A model generated the notes under the pieces. The model worked only from the letters and a program-made list of their open reading frames with translations, did not search any database and was not told where the DNA came from. From the IMG/VR virus record IMGVR_UViG_3300021952_000003: a stretch of DNA of 34,715 nt. One strand, given 5' to 3'. A program made the position numbers and the translations under genes. The stretch comes from a virus. This document shows positions 20,888 to 29,807 of the stretch, in pieces; within the stretch, counting starts at the first letter, position 1; every line of letters starts with the position of its first letter.

Positions 20888-23274
20888 TGACCTTTCATAG
20901 CGGCTGCAATATCAGGCAATTGAGACAACAAAAGGGCTTGGTTGATTCCACCCAACGCGCCGCCGTATGCCCCTGCCTGACCGATCTGACCAGCAGCCTG
21001 TGCGCCAGCCGCCCCAACGCCCAAATTGGATTGAGCGTTTGCCAGATTTGTTCCCAAAGTATTAGCCTGTTGTTGACTTGTTTGACCAATGCCTGCAATA
21101 CCAGCCAGCGTGTTGTAGATGTTGGAGCGTTGAGTCTGGTAACGATTAAATGCGTTTTGATACTCTTGGCTTGCCTGACCCTGGGTGTAGTCCTGCAAAC
21201 CTCTCATCACGTTGCCGCCAAGACCGCCGCCAGACACGTTACCCAAACGCTGGTTTGCCATTTGACCTTGTTGGAGTCTAAAAGCGTAACCAGGATCAAT
21301 GCCCTGTTGGAACAGTTCAGGCGTGAATTGTTGGGTTAGGTAACCAGTCCCGGTAGCCATCCCCATCGGATTGCCTTGGGCGTCATATTGCGTATATTGA
21401 CCCGGCAACATTCCCTGAATCTGGTTTAGAGCACCGTAACCAGCGCCTCGATACGGGGCTTGTTGTTGGTTCAGGGTGTTGAACATGGACTGCTGTTGAG
21501 CCAACGCCGCCCTTGCCGCATCTGCTTGGATTTGGGCCGCTTTGGTCGAGGCGTTAGCACCAATCAAACCTTGCAAAACACCACCAGCACCAGAGGCCAG
21601 AGCAGCTTTGCCAAGAGCAGTTGTAGGCATCAAGCCTTTAAGGAAAGCAGATAAAGCTGTACCGCCAGATGGGGTTGTCGCACCGCCGCCACCGCCGCCA
21701 GTTGGGAATCCCATTCCAACATCGCCCATGGCATTGATGTCGGCTCCTTCACCAATGTTCATTCCAACATCAGCCATTGCGTTTATGTCATCTTGGCTGA
21801 TTTGGTCGTAAGTATCTCCAGCAGGATTCCAGCCGCCGCCAATGTCAATGTTGTCAGGTGATGTGTCGCCACCAAAATAGTCTAAGATGTCCATATCATT
21901 TCCTTGACCCGATGCGGTTAATTGATTATCTTGTAAATCAGACTGAGAGACAACGTTGTCGGCAACCTGCTGCGTCTCTGAGGCCAGGGGTTGCTCGGGA
22001 GTAGCAATCTCTGCGTTTTGAGGCTGAGTTTGTTGATCCGTGTACTCATTTGTGCCCAAGTTTTCAGGCAACAAATTAGCCAACGGGGTTGATTCGCCGC
22101 TTGATTGGTAATTGTCAATAATGTTGGCATTGACAGAATTGTCAGACTGACCCATGTCTGCCAACGATGTGCTCTGAGCAGCCTGTTTTCCAGCCAATAA
22201 AGCCTGGGTAATCAAGGCATTTGTTGGGTCTTTTCCGGTTAATTCCGCAGAAACCACCGCATTGACCGAATTCTGTACAGAAGTGGGCAGACTTGCAAAG
22301 TTGGGTATTTGATCCGTAATCAACGGAACAGCAGCAGATACCCCGGCAGTTGTTAAAGTGGTTAAAGGGTCGGTTGGTCTACCTGTTATTGCAGATGCAG
22401 CCGTAGAAACCGCAGTCTTACCAGCCAAGTTGCCAGCAATGTCTGCAAGCGAGTTCATGCCCGATTCTTGAGCCGCCAACATAGCGGTTTGTACTGAATT
22501 TAAGTCAGTACCATATTGCGCCGCAGTAGCCGCCTGATCCCCTAAAACACCCGCTTGCTGACCAATTTGACCAAGGGCGTAAGACGTACCAGCAGACTTT
22601 AAAACATCGCCAAGATCGCCGCCTTGAATAGCTGTTTGAGCACCTGCTACTAAAGGAAGGAACTGAGGCGCAAAGATAGCAGTGGCTATTGTGGGTAACG
22701 GGCCAAGATCGGAAATAAACTTTTGGAACGTTGTTTGTGTTGGTTTACTCCACTGATAGGACTGACCATTTGGAAGGGTGTAATTTAAGTCCTTGCCTTG
22801 CGTGTCAGTTCTTAAATAGGCAATTCCATCTGGAGTGTTGCCAACACCAACAATGCCACTTTCACCGTTTGGGCCTAAATTGGCTCTTTGCCAGTTTTCA
22901 ACAGCATTAGTGGTTACTTGTGTTGCTGGTACTAAATAACCCTGGGTAGAACGTCCGATAAAGGTTAAATATTTTCCAAAAGTATTTTCGCCGCCAGGAA
23001 TTGGCACATTAGACAAATCAACATAAGTGCCTTTGTCTTTTAACTCTTGTTGAAATTCTGTAGATAGAAATTGAGGGCTGAAATAAGTTCCAGGCGATCT
23101 ACCAAAATCACCAGATGCAGTTACACCTTTTTGGATATAGTCTTGTGGAAGATAATAGTAATCCTGCCCGTTAATTTTTGTTTTTAGTCCAGCAATATCA
23201 GTTAACTTAGGGCCAAAGTTAATATCCCCCGTTAACTTAATATCAGGCATGGAAGTGAATTGGTATGAACTCAT
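20884..23274 (-). CDS. Large internal virion/DNA-transfer-type protein (796 aa)
   Basis: It has a low-complexity G/A/Q/T-rich centre and a poly-G segment. The C-terminal block PGYAFRLQQGQMANQRL...YQNAFNRYQTQRSNIYNTLAGIAGIG is of the kind seen in podovirus injection proteins. The N-terminal ~190 aa are AT-rich. Confidence 0.7.
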   Translation of the reverse strand: MSSYQFTSMPDIKLTGDINFGPKLTDIAGLKTKINGQDYYYLPQDYIQKGVTASGDFGRSPGTYFSPQFLSTEFQQELKDKGTYVDLSNVPIPGGENTFGKYLTFIGRSTQGYLVPATQVTTNAVENWQRANLGPNGESGIVGVGNTPDGIAYLRTDTQGKDLNYTLPNGQSYQWSKPTQTTFQKFISDLGPLPTIATAIFAPQFLPLVAGAQTAIQGGDLGDVLKSAGTSYALGQIGQQAGVLGDQAATAAQYGTDLNSVQTAMLAAQESGMNSLADIAGNLAGKTAVSTAASAITGRPTDPLTTLTTAGVSAAVPLITDQIPNFASLPTSVQNSVNAVVSAELTGKDPTNALITQALLAGKQAAQSTSLADMGQSDNSVNANIIDNYQSSGESTPLANLLPENLGTNEYTDQQTQPQNAEIATPEQPLASETQQVADNVVSQSDLQDNQLTASGQGNDMDILDYFGGDTSPDNIDIGGGWNPAGDTYDQISQDDINAMADVGMNIGEGADINAMGDVGMGFPTGGGGGGATTPSGGTALSAFLKGLMPTTALGKAALASGAGGVLQGLIGANASTKAAQIQADAARAALAQQQSMFNTLNQQQAPYRGAGYGALNQIQGMLPGQYTQYDAQGNPMGMATGTGYLTQQFTPELFQQGIDPGYAFRLQQGQMANQRLGNVSGGGLGGNVMRGLQDYTQGQASQEYQNAFNRYQTQRSNIYNTLAGIAGIGQTSQQQANTLGTNLANAQSNLGVGAAGAQAAGQIGQAGAYGGALGGINQALLLSQLPDIAAAMKGQ

Positions 23275-23858
23275 GGAGTCACCTGATTAACAGTCGCAAT
23301 GACAGAGGCTGTTGCGGGTCTGGTCGGGGTGGTTGCCGCTGCATAGTATTTAATGGTTGTTGTTGCAGCAACAGTTGACCAGACAAGTTGAACGTAATCA
23401 TTAGCGTTTAACTGAACAAAATAGTTCCATCCATTGACGCTATGACCAGGCGTCCCGCCATGAGAGTTAGGAACACTGATGTAGCCAGTTGATCCCGCGA
23501 CATCTACCCCGTTCACCCTAAGCCAAATGGAAACGTCATCCAATTGTGTGTCGGTGTTTTCTAACTGCACGCTGAACTGAATATTGTATGTTCCAGCATA
23601 AGCAACCACCAACTTACTTCCGCTACTGACCGTCACCCCGTTAGAGTAGTCAGTCGTGTTAAACGTAATCAAAGTCGCCGTGTTAGCCGTAGCGGTTTGG
23701 GTGGTGGTGTCTGAGAAAGCGCCGTATTTCAGATAACCAGAAAACAGGCTACCCAACTTCAATAGATACATCAACCACTCTCGTGCGGGACGGTTAGTGG
23801 TTACATCCAAGAATGGACTTCTCGGGATGTTGATGTCACCAATGTTGTTGGTTGCCAT
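23271..23858 (-). CDS. Tail knob/plug candidate with a C1q/TNF-like beta-sandwich pattern (195 aa)
   Basis: It lies immediately after the gp10-like hub, the gp26 position. AGTYNIQFSVQLEN...VSIWLRVNGVDVAGS...LNANDYVQLVW resembles C1q/BclA-C-type jelly-roll patterns. Confidence 0.55.
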   Translation of the reverse strand: MATNNIGDINIPRSPFLDVTTNRPAREWLMYLLKLGSLFSGYLKYGAFSDTTTQTATANTATLITFNTTDYSNGVTVSSGSKLVVAYAGTYNIQFSVQLENTDTQLDDVSIWLRVNGVDVAGSTGYISVPNSHGGTPGHSVNGWNYFVQLNANDYVQLVWSTVAATTTIKYYAAATTPTRPATASVIATVNQVTP

Positions 23859-25840
23859 CAGTTTTCCCCGACAGAGGCTTTGAGGTTGGCAGAAACGATG
23901 ACAGCGTTGACCGGATCAGTCACCACGACTTCAAAAATACGATCCCGCGCCATACCTAAACGCCGCCAGATTGCTCGGTTTTTATACTTGCCCATCGCAC
24001 CAATACTGACCCAATATTCGTGCGACCAGGTAGAACCTCCGTCATTAGACCAGCGCAGCATAGCCTTGGGATTGGTTGTTACATCCTGCGTATTGATTGC
24101 GTTTTGGTTGGCAATGTACAGAGTCACGTTTGGTGGAACGTTTAGAGTCGCACCGGGATAAATGTAGTACGGATCGCCAATGTAGTTTGAGGTGTTCTGA
24201 GTAGACAGGCCAGTAGTCCCAACGCCAGGCTGGAATTGAATCTGGAACTCATCAAAGTATTGACGCTGAAGATCGGCGACTAGGTGAGGAGCCCGGCGCA
24301 CACGGCGAATCTCGTTACCATCATCTGTGTAGACTTCTTTGCTCAGTTCATACAATTTCCCGTTGGAATGGTCGCCAACGATAATGATGTTTTGGAATAG
24401 CGCAGAGCAGTTACCACGGTGACGGTGATAGACGTTATCGCTATCCACCCATAGCCATTTGTGCCACATCTGGGTGGCTACGTCATAGGCCCAGGTCAGA
24501 TCAAGAGTAGGGAAGCTGACAACGTAAATCTCGTGGCCTTCTAGCTGATAAGTCCAGGCAATTGCGTCATCAATGTACTGATTCTGTAGCGTGTTCTCTA
24601 CCGCATGGGTAGAGATGCGAACAGGCGTGTAGCCGTTCATCTGGACGATCTGGCCCTCACCGCGGATGTTTCTGGAGACATAGGCAAATGAGTTACCAAG
24701 ACGCGCCACAGAAAAAACAGAGGCAATACCGTGTTGGGTAGAAGTTCCAGGGATTCTTTGGAAAGGAAAAGGGACTGCACCAACATCAACCCAAACCTCG
24801 GAAGAATTCTCACCAAGCAGGTAAACCTCTCGATGGTCAACAATCAAAGAAACCAGATTGTCAGGCGCTCCGTCTTTTAATCCGTAAGACAGATTAGGCG
24901 AGACAGGACTAAGGAAGTCAGAAGCGCCCCATTCCTGAGACTGAGGCTTGTTGTAAACGAAATAGTTGTCAACAATGTCCACCGTGTTTCCACCCGAGAA
25001 TGCGCCATCAGAGGACGGAATCTGGGTGAAATTAAGGGCGTATAAGGTCGTAGAGGAAACAGTCTGTGATGTGCTTACTGTGTACGTTCCAAGGCCACCA
25101 GTACCCGATACAAGGGCAGTAATCATGGTGTTGGCAGTAACACCAGTGCCTTGAATGGTTTGGCCTACATAGAGAACCCCAGAAGTCACCGCAGAAACCG
25201 TCAGGGTGGTTCCAGAGATAGACCCGGTGACAATCGCTCCAGCCGCAGCCGTAGACATATCCTCAGAAGCAACAGTCTGGGAAATGTTGACCGTATAAGT
25301 TCCCGTCCCGCCAGTACCCGTACCCAAAGCGGTAATAACAGTCTCATTTGCTATCCCAACCCCAAAAACCTCCTGCCCAACCGCCAAAGTGCCGCTAGAG
25401 AGACTTGTAACGGTTAAAGTAGTTCCAGACAGACTGCCCAAGAAAATCGCCGCTGCAGGGGTAGAAATGCGCCAGGTATACCGATACGCACCGTCAACAA
25501 TGTAGACGTTAATCCCGTTGTCAGTAATGCCGACCCGCCCCGTGGATGTGTTCAGAAATCCAACAATTGTGGGCGTTAGATTTGATGACAGAACGTAGAC
25601 GTAAGGCCCAGATACTGCAACTAATTGCTGACCACCAGAAACAGTCCTCAAGCCACGAATTTCACCGTGGTTAAGAACTGCCTTGGTGACTAAGCCGGGA
25701 GTTGGGTAAAGCGCAACAACGCCACGCACACCAGGTTGCTTGAGGGGATCAATTTCAGGAAAGAAGTTGATACATTCCTGTGCATCTTGGTAAATGCTTG
25801 GTGCTTCGTAAGACGGGCCGACAAAACCAAAATCTGCCAT
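23858..25840 (-). CDS. Tail hub, P22 gp10-like, with two inserted ~62-aa repeat domains (660 aa)
   Basis: The C-terminus NRAIWRRLGMARDRIFEVVVTDPV resembles the P22 gp10 C-terminus KRVLWKRVGRIRRLIGFKLRVITKSPV (from memory). Gene order is adaptor then hub. Tandem repeats occupy aa 134-194 and 205-266. Confidence 0.7.
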   Translation of the reverse strand: MADFGFVGPSYEAPSIYQDAQECINFFPEIDPLKQPGVRGVVALYPTPGLVTKAVLNHGEIRGLRTVSGGQQLVAVSGPYVYVLSSNLTPTIVGFLNTSTGRVGITDNGINVYIVDGAYRYTWRISTPAAAIFLGSLSGTTLTVTSLSSGTLAVGQEVFGVGIANETVITALGTGTGGTGTYTVNISQTVASEDMSTAAAGAIVTGSISGTTLTVSAVTSGVLYVGQTIQGTGVTANTMITALVSGTGGLGTYTVSTSQTVSSTTLYALNFTQIPSSDGAFSGGNTVDIVDNYFVYNKPQSQEWGASDFLSPVSPNLSYGLKDGAPDNLVSLIVDHREVYLLGENSSEVWVDVGAVPFPFQRIPGTSTQHGIASVFSVARLGNSFAYVSRNIRGEGQIVQMNGYTPVRISTHAVENTLQNQYIDDAIAWTYQLEGHEIYVVSFPTLDLTWAYDVATQMWHKWLWVDSDNVYHRHRGNCSALFQNIIIVGDHSNGKLYELSKEVYTDDGNEIRRVRRAPHLVADLQRQYFDEFQIQFQPGVGTTGLSTQNTSNYIGDPYYIYPGATLNVPPNVTLYIANQNAINTQDVTTNPKAMLRWSNDGGSTWSHEYWVSIGAMGKYKNRAIWRRLGMARDRIFEVVVTDPVNAVIVSANLKASVGEN

Positions 25841-26475
25841 TATTTGACATCTCCGTATCGTTCACCATTACGAATTCTGCGAATTGTGGATTCGCCCACA
25901 TTAAAGTGTCTGGACGTTGCCGCAATTGTTTGCGTTTGAAGCATAACTCGAACTTCAAGAACCTGCTCTGAAGTCAAAGCACGCTTTTTGACACATGGCT
26001 TGCCTTTTCTTGCCATGCTTATTTTTTGTCTTGTTTCATCCGACAACATTACGCCCTTACGGGGGCTCGTAACGCCTTTTCTGGATTCTTTCCACTTTGC
26101 TTTTTGTTCATCGGAATGGGTTTTACCTTTGAACCCATTGTTTTTTACCAACTTCCAATAAGTGTTTCCAAGCATTTGCTTTTTATGATCTTCAGAATGT
26201 TTGTATCCTGAAGCGCCTTCACCACCATCCGTGGCATTGACCAACTGATAGCCTAGCTTGCGATACTTATCAATGACTTCAGCTTCAAGCAAAAAAGCAA
26301 GTTCTTCATCCAAATTATCTGCAATGATGGAATGAGTAAATCCGTGTTTATTTACTACGTTTTTCCAATATTGATTGCGACCACGAATTTTCATGCAACG
26401 CAAACCCTTACCTTTGCCGACATAAAAAATGTCGCCAGTATCGGCTTTGTGATGCTGATAAACGTAGTAAGACAT
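25840..26475 (-). CDS. GIY-YIG homing endonuclease, free-standing (211 aa)
   Basis: YYVYQH...DIFYVGKGKG are the GIY and YIG motifs. A conserved R, E (EAEVIDKY) and N (VNATDGG) follow. There are three NUMOD3-like repeats (GYKHSEDHKKQM, GKTHSDEQKAKW, GVMLSDETRQKIS) and a C-terminal HTH. The gene is AT-rich. Confidence 0.85.
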   Translation of the reverse strand: MSYYVYQHHKADTGDIFYVGKGKGLRCMKIRGRNQYWKNVVNKHGFTHSIIADNLDEELAFLLEAEVIDKYRKLGYQLVNATDGGEGASGYKHSEDHKKQMLGNTYWKLVKNNGFKGKTHSDEQKAKWKESRKGVTSPRKGVMLSDETRQKISMARKGKPCVKKRALTSEQVLEVRVMLQTQTIAATSRHFNVGESTIRRIRNGERYGDVK

Positions 26476-26487
26476 TTTAGTTTTTAC

Positions 26488-27471
26488 CTATCGGAAGAAG
26501 CCCCCGGATAAAATCCAGCCTGCGTCCTTTGCCCTCCCCACCAGCAACGAATCCGGATAACGCGCTGTCTGCATTGGCGTCATGTTGTTGCGCTTGATGG
26601 TTGATTTGGATTGTGCTGCGTATTGCTGAATCATTGCAATCTGCACTTGAGAGGCTTTGCCGTACATAGGCATTAGGCGCTCTGCCAAACACCATCTGAG
26701 GGCCATCTGATAGCCTTGCGGGAACAGAATGGTGTCATTAAGCGTTTCGTAGCGGCTGAAAATCGTGTTGGCAAACAGGTGCATTTCGCCTTGTGATGGG
26801 TTAGGCCACACAAACAGATTGCCCGATTCTTCACCAGGATTGAAGTAAATCGCCTTGGGCCACGGGCCGTTCAGCGTCTTTAGTCCAATCATTTCGTAAT
26901 CTTCTAGCGCCAACACCGCTACCGGATAGTCTAGGCCACCAGAGATGATCGGCTGACCGTTAGAAGTTGTATTGATACGCACAAACGCAGAGTTAATCTG
27001 CAAGGGTTTTTGGTAGTAAGCGGTGATCGTAGTCGAGGCAACCGATTGGTTGATGTTGACCTGATACGTTCCCTGCTCGTTGACGTTACCACCTGCGCCG
27101 GTCAGGAATTGGGTGATCTTTGTCCCTGCCTGGATACCCGTACCGCTTAGAGTCTGACCTTGGGCAACCGCGCCAGAGTTGATGCCGGTAACCGTCAGGA
27201 CGTTTCCAGAGATTGAGCCGGTAAACGATGCGCCAATAAAGTTCTGGGTGCTGGGATCAGGGCCGATTGTGTATTGAACCTGACCAGCAATGACCGGGAA
27301 TATGATCTCGGTCACGTTGAACACCATCATGTTCTCATTGCTCCACTGATCGATCATGTCGTTCAGCATATCAAACGCATCCTGCGCTGCGTCAGGGGTC
27401 GGTGTCTCTCCTGCTTCCAATGCGCCGATGTCTTTTAGGGCTCTGCTAATAATGTCTATCGGCTGAGTCAT
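26488..27471 (-). CDS. Head-to-tail adaptor, P22 gp4-like N-terminus, with one inserted ~67-aa repeat domain (327 aa)
   Basis: [37 protein letters not shown] resembles P22 gp4 [39 protein letters not shown] (from memory). AAGGA lies 7 nt upstream. Confidence 0.65.
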   Translation of the reverse strand: MTQPIDIISRALKDIGALEAGETPTPDAAQDAFDMLNDMIDQWSNENMMVFNVTEIIFPVIAGQVQYTIGPDPSTQNFIGASFTGSISGNVLTVTGINSGAVAQGQTLSGTGIQAGTKITQFLTGAGGNVNEQGTYQVNINQSVASTTITAYYQKPLQINSAFVRINTTSNGQPIISGGLDYPVAVLALEDYEMIGLKTLNGPWPKAIYFNPGEESGNLFVWPNPSQGEMHLFANTIFSRYETLNDTILFPQGYQMALRWCLAERLMPMYGKASQVQIAMIQQYAAQSKSTIKRNNMTPMQTARYPDSLLVGRAKDAGWILSGGFFR

Positions 27472-27480
27472 TTTGTGTCC

Positions 27481-27795
27481 TTATAGGTCAGGAGTGAACA
27501 CCTGCGGAAGCCAGGGAGCAATCACCGCTTTACGGCTTGCTAATGCTTGGAGTTGCTCGTCTAGACGGGATTTTATGACGCATTTCCCGTCACGCATAGA
27601 CGATCCTTCAATCCAGCCAATCACCATTTCTTCTGTTACCTGGTCAAAAGGAACAGATGCAGGACTATCAAAAAACCAATTACCCTCTGTGTCTACAGAT
27701 AAGTCATCAGCTTCTGCAATAACGTGATATTTGGCAGAAGTGATGCGCCCATCCTCTGCCTGAATATCCTTGATCGTCCACTTGTATGTTGGCAT
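27481..27795 (-). CDS. Hypothetical virion-module protein (104 aa), paralogue of 27798-28145
   Basis: It shares the core F(D/N)Q(V/L)TE(E/Q)xV(I/L)GWI with its neighbour. Confidence 0.6.
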   Translation of the reverse strand: MPTYKWTIKDIQAEDGRITSAKYHVIAEADDLSVDTEGNWFFDSPASVPFDQVTEEMVIGWIEGSSMRDGKCVIKSRLDEQLQALASRKAVIAPWLPQVFTPDL

Positions 27796-27797
27796 TT

Positions 27798-28145
27798 TTA
27801 GGCCCAGGGCAGGGGCGGCGTAACCACCGGAGGATTGATCTGGTTGGCAATCTGCTGTTGTACGGCAGCTTCCGTTGCAGCTTTATCTACGCCATTAGCC
27901 CAAATCCAGCCAAGCACCTGTTGCTCGGTAAGTTGGTTGTAGGGCGTGAAAGCGCCACCTGTCGGGGCAGGAACGGCACAAGTGCTATACACAGAGCCGG
28001 TATAGGTGTTTCCGCCTGATACTTGCTGTCCAGAGCAGCTCCAATGCACCACGAATACAACGTCAGTTTCCCCGTCAGCTTGCGGGTAGCAGTCCATAGC
28101 GGTTACGTCCCAAGTCATGGTAATAGAGGTTAGGGTGTCGGTCAT
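27798..28145 (-). CDS. Hypothetical virion-module protein (115 aa), paralogue of 27481-27795
   Basis: See the neighbour entry: ...PYNQLTEQQVLGWIWANG... here versus ...PFDQVTEEMVIGWIEGSS... there. Confidence 0.6.
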   Translation of the reverse strand: MTDTLTSITMTWDVTAMDCYPQADGETDVVFVVHWSCSGQQVSGGNTYTGSVYSTCAVPAPTGGAFTPYNQLTEQQVLGWIWANGVDKAATEAAVQQQIANQINPPVVTPPLPWA

Positions 28146-28163
28146 GGTTTTTCCTTTCAGGGA

Positions 28164-29798
28164 TTATTTGGCCTCAAGTGCGGCAATCCGAGCCGCTTGG
28201 TCATCAATGATTGCTTTCATCTCTTGTAAGGCTTTGATCAAACGAGCTTCTGTCTTGCCCCATCCGGTTAAGGTTTTCATTCCATCTGCACGTTCACCAA
28301 CAGAATCTGGATAAATTTTTTCCATATCTTGAGCAATAAACCCTGTTTGATGTCCACCGCCTTCAGACGCAATGTAATCAAACTCAACAGGTCTCAACGC
28401 CATAATGTTGGAAAGTTGTGAAGGTAGATCAACAATGTTTTCTTTTAAACGTGCATCAGAAAAAGAACCAAAAGCAGCTTGTGATGCGCCATTAGCATTT
28501 ATTTGCCCGCAGCCTGTTGCTTGACTGTTAATTGTGAAAGCTACAAAAGTTTGACTTGTTGTATTGGTTGTACTTGGTTTGTCAAAATAAACAGTTGTAT
28601 TGCTATCTGACAATCCAGGGCCATAAAAACGAGCAACAATTGTGTTACCTGAACTTTTGGCATAAAGTCTTGGTGTTCCACTTGCGTTGCTGGTATCGCC
28701 CACCAACAAATTCCCACTCGCATCCAGCGTCATTACATCGCTAGTTCCGTTATAGAACTGCAAATTACCCGCAGTTGAGTAAAGCGTATATGCGCTTGCG
28801 CTGGTATCACGTCTGTCAATTTGTAAACCAGCAGCAGAACTTGAAGTACGGATCAGTCCTTGAACTTGCAGCTTTGAATTAGGAGAACTCGTCCCAATAC
28901 CCAGGTTACCGGAGGAGTCGAGGGTGGCTCTTGTTGTGCTTCCAGTTCTAAATTGAAGGTCAGAGCCATCTAAAAAAAGTGAACCAAGACCAGGTGAAAA
29001 AGTGTTGTATGCGGCAACTAACGCATTGCCATCTGCATTAACACCAAGAGCAACAGCCCTTCTTGATGCACTAGATGTGTTACCTACCAGAGCGTAATAA
29101 TTGTTACCAGCAGAAAGCGATGTCGCAGAATCAACTTGAAGTTTTGCGCTAGGCGAACTCGTCCCAATACCCAGCCCTGTGCTGGTTAGGCGCATTCCTT
29201 CTGTGCCGTTGTTAACCGCAAAAACTAATGGTGTTGTAGTGTCATTAGAATCAGGGCCAATTTGCATAAATACGCCGGGGGCATACTTAATAGCTGCAAC
29301 ACCGTTTGCACCACTTGAGCCAATATTAAACAGAATGCGTGAATATCCTGTTGATGATGTGTTGTTAACATTTAGTGTGTTGTATCCACCGGCATTTGAA
29401 TCGCCATAAGAAAAACTGTTTGACCCGTTAAAAGTCAGCGCAGAACCAGTGGTGACTACCTTGGAGCCGTTGAGATACGCTACTCCGTTGGCTGTGCCCG
29501 CTGAAAGCGTAGTGGCATTTGTGACCGTCAAAGCATTTGAAGTCAGCGTAGTGCCATTAAACGTCAGGTTAGCCGATCCAGCAAACGCCCCAGAACTGTT
29601 GAACTGAACCTGTGTATTTGACCCGGCAGCGCCAGAGGTAAACGTAGAAAACGACAGCGTTCCAGAGCCGTTAGTGACCAATGCCTGACCGCTTGTACCG
29701 TCTGCGCTTGGGAGCGTGAAATTGACAGTAGATGCGGTGTTTGGGCCGATCAGGTTAACAGCACCACCCAAATTTGCCTGAAAAACTAGAGTTCCCAT
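28164..29798 (-). CDS. Tail fiber with a C-terminal intramolecular chaperone (peptidase S74) domain (544 aa)
   Basis: The C-terminus SDARLKENIVDL...LRPVEFDY...GGHQTGFIAQDMEKIYPD...LIKALQEMKAIID is the auto-cleaving chaperone signature. The predicted cleavage is before or at S447-D448 (about 28458-28460). GIGTSSP(S/N)(A/S)KLQV repeats are present. The gene is AT-rich. Confidence 0.85.
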   Translation of the reverse strand: MGTLVFQANLGGAVNLIGPNTASTVNFTLPSADGTSGQALVTNGSGTLSFSTFTSGAAGSNTQVQFNSSGAFAGSANLTFNGTTLTSNALTVTNATTLSAGTANGVAYLNGSKVVTTGSALTFNGSNSFSYGDSNAGGYNTLNVNNTSSTGYSRILFNIGSSGANGVAAIKYAPGVFMQIGPDSNDTTTPLVFAVNNGTEGMRLTSTGLGIGTSSPSAKLQVDSATSLSAGNNYYALVGNTSSASRRAVALGVNADGNALVAAYNTFSPGLGSLFLDGSDLQFRTGSTTRATLDSSGNLGIGTSSPNSKLQVQGLIRTSSSAAGLQIDRRDTSASAYTLYSTAGNLQFYNGTSDVMTLDASGNLLVGDTSNASGTPRLYAKSSGNTIVARFYGPGLSDSNTTVYFDKPSTTNTTSQTFVAFTINSQATGCGQINANGASQAAFGSFSDARLKENIVDLPSQLSNIMALRPVEFDYIASEGGGHQTGFIAQDMEKIYPDSVGERADGMKTLTGWGKTEARLIKALQEMKAIIDDQAARIAALEAK

Positions 29799-29807
29799 AT
29801 CGTTTCC

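Noticed and set aside
26477-26695. A 72-aa minus-strand ORF overlapping the 3' end of the adaptor gene
   Set aside because: It is an alternative frame of a well-supported gene and has no RBS. It would collide with the start region of the homing endonuclease.
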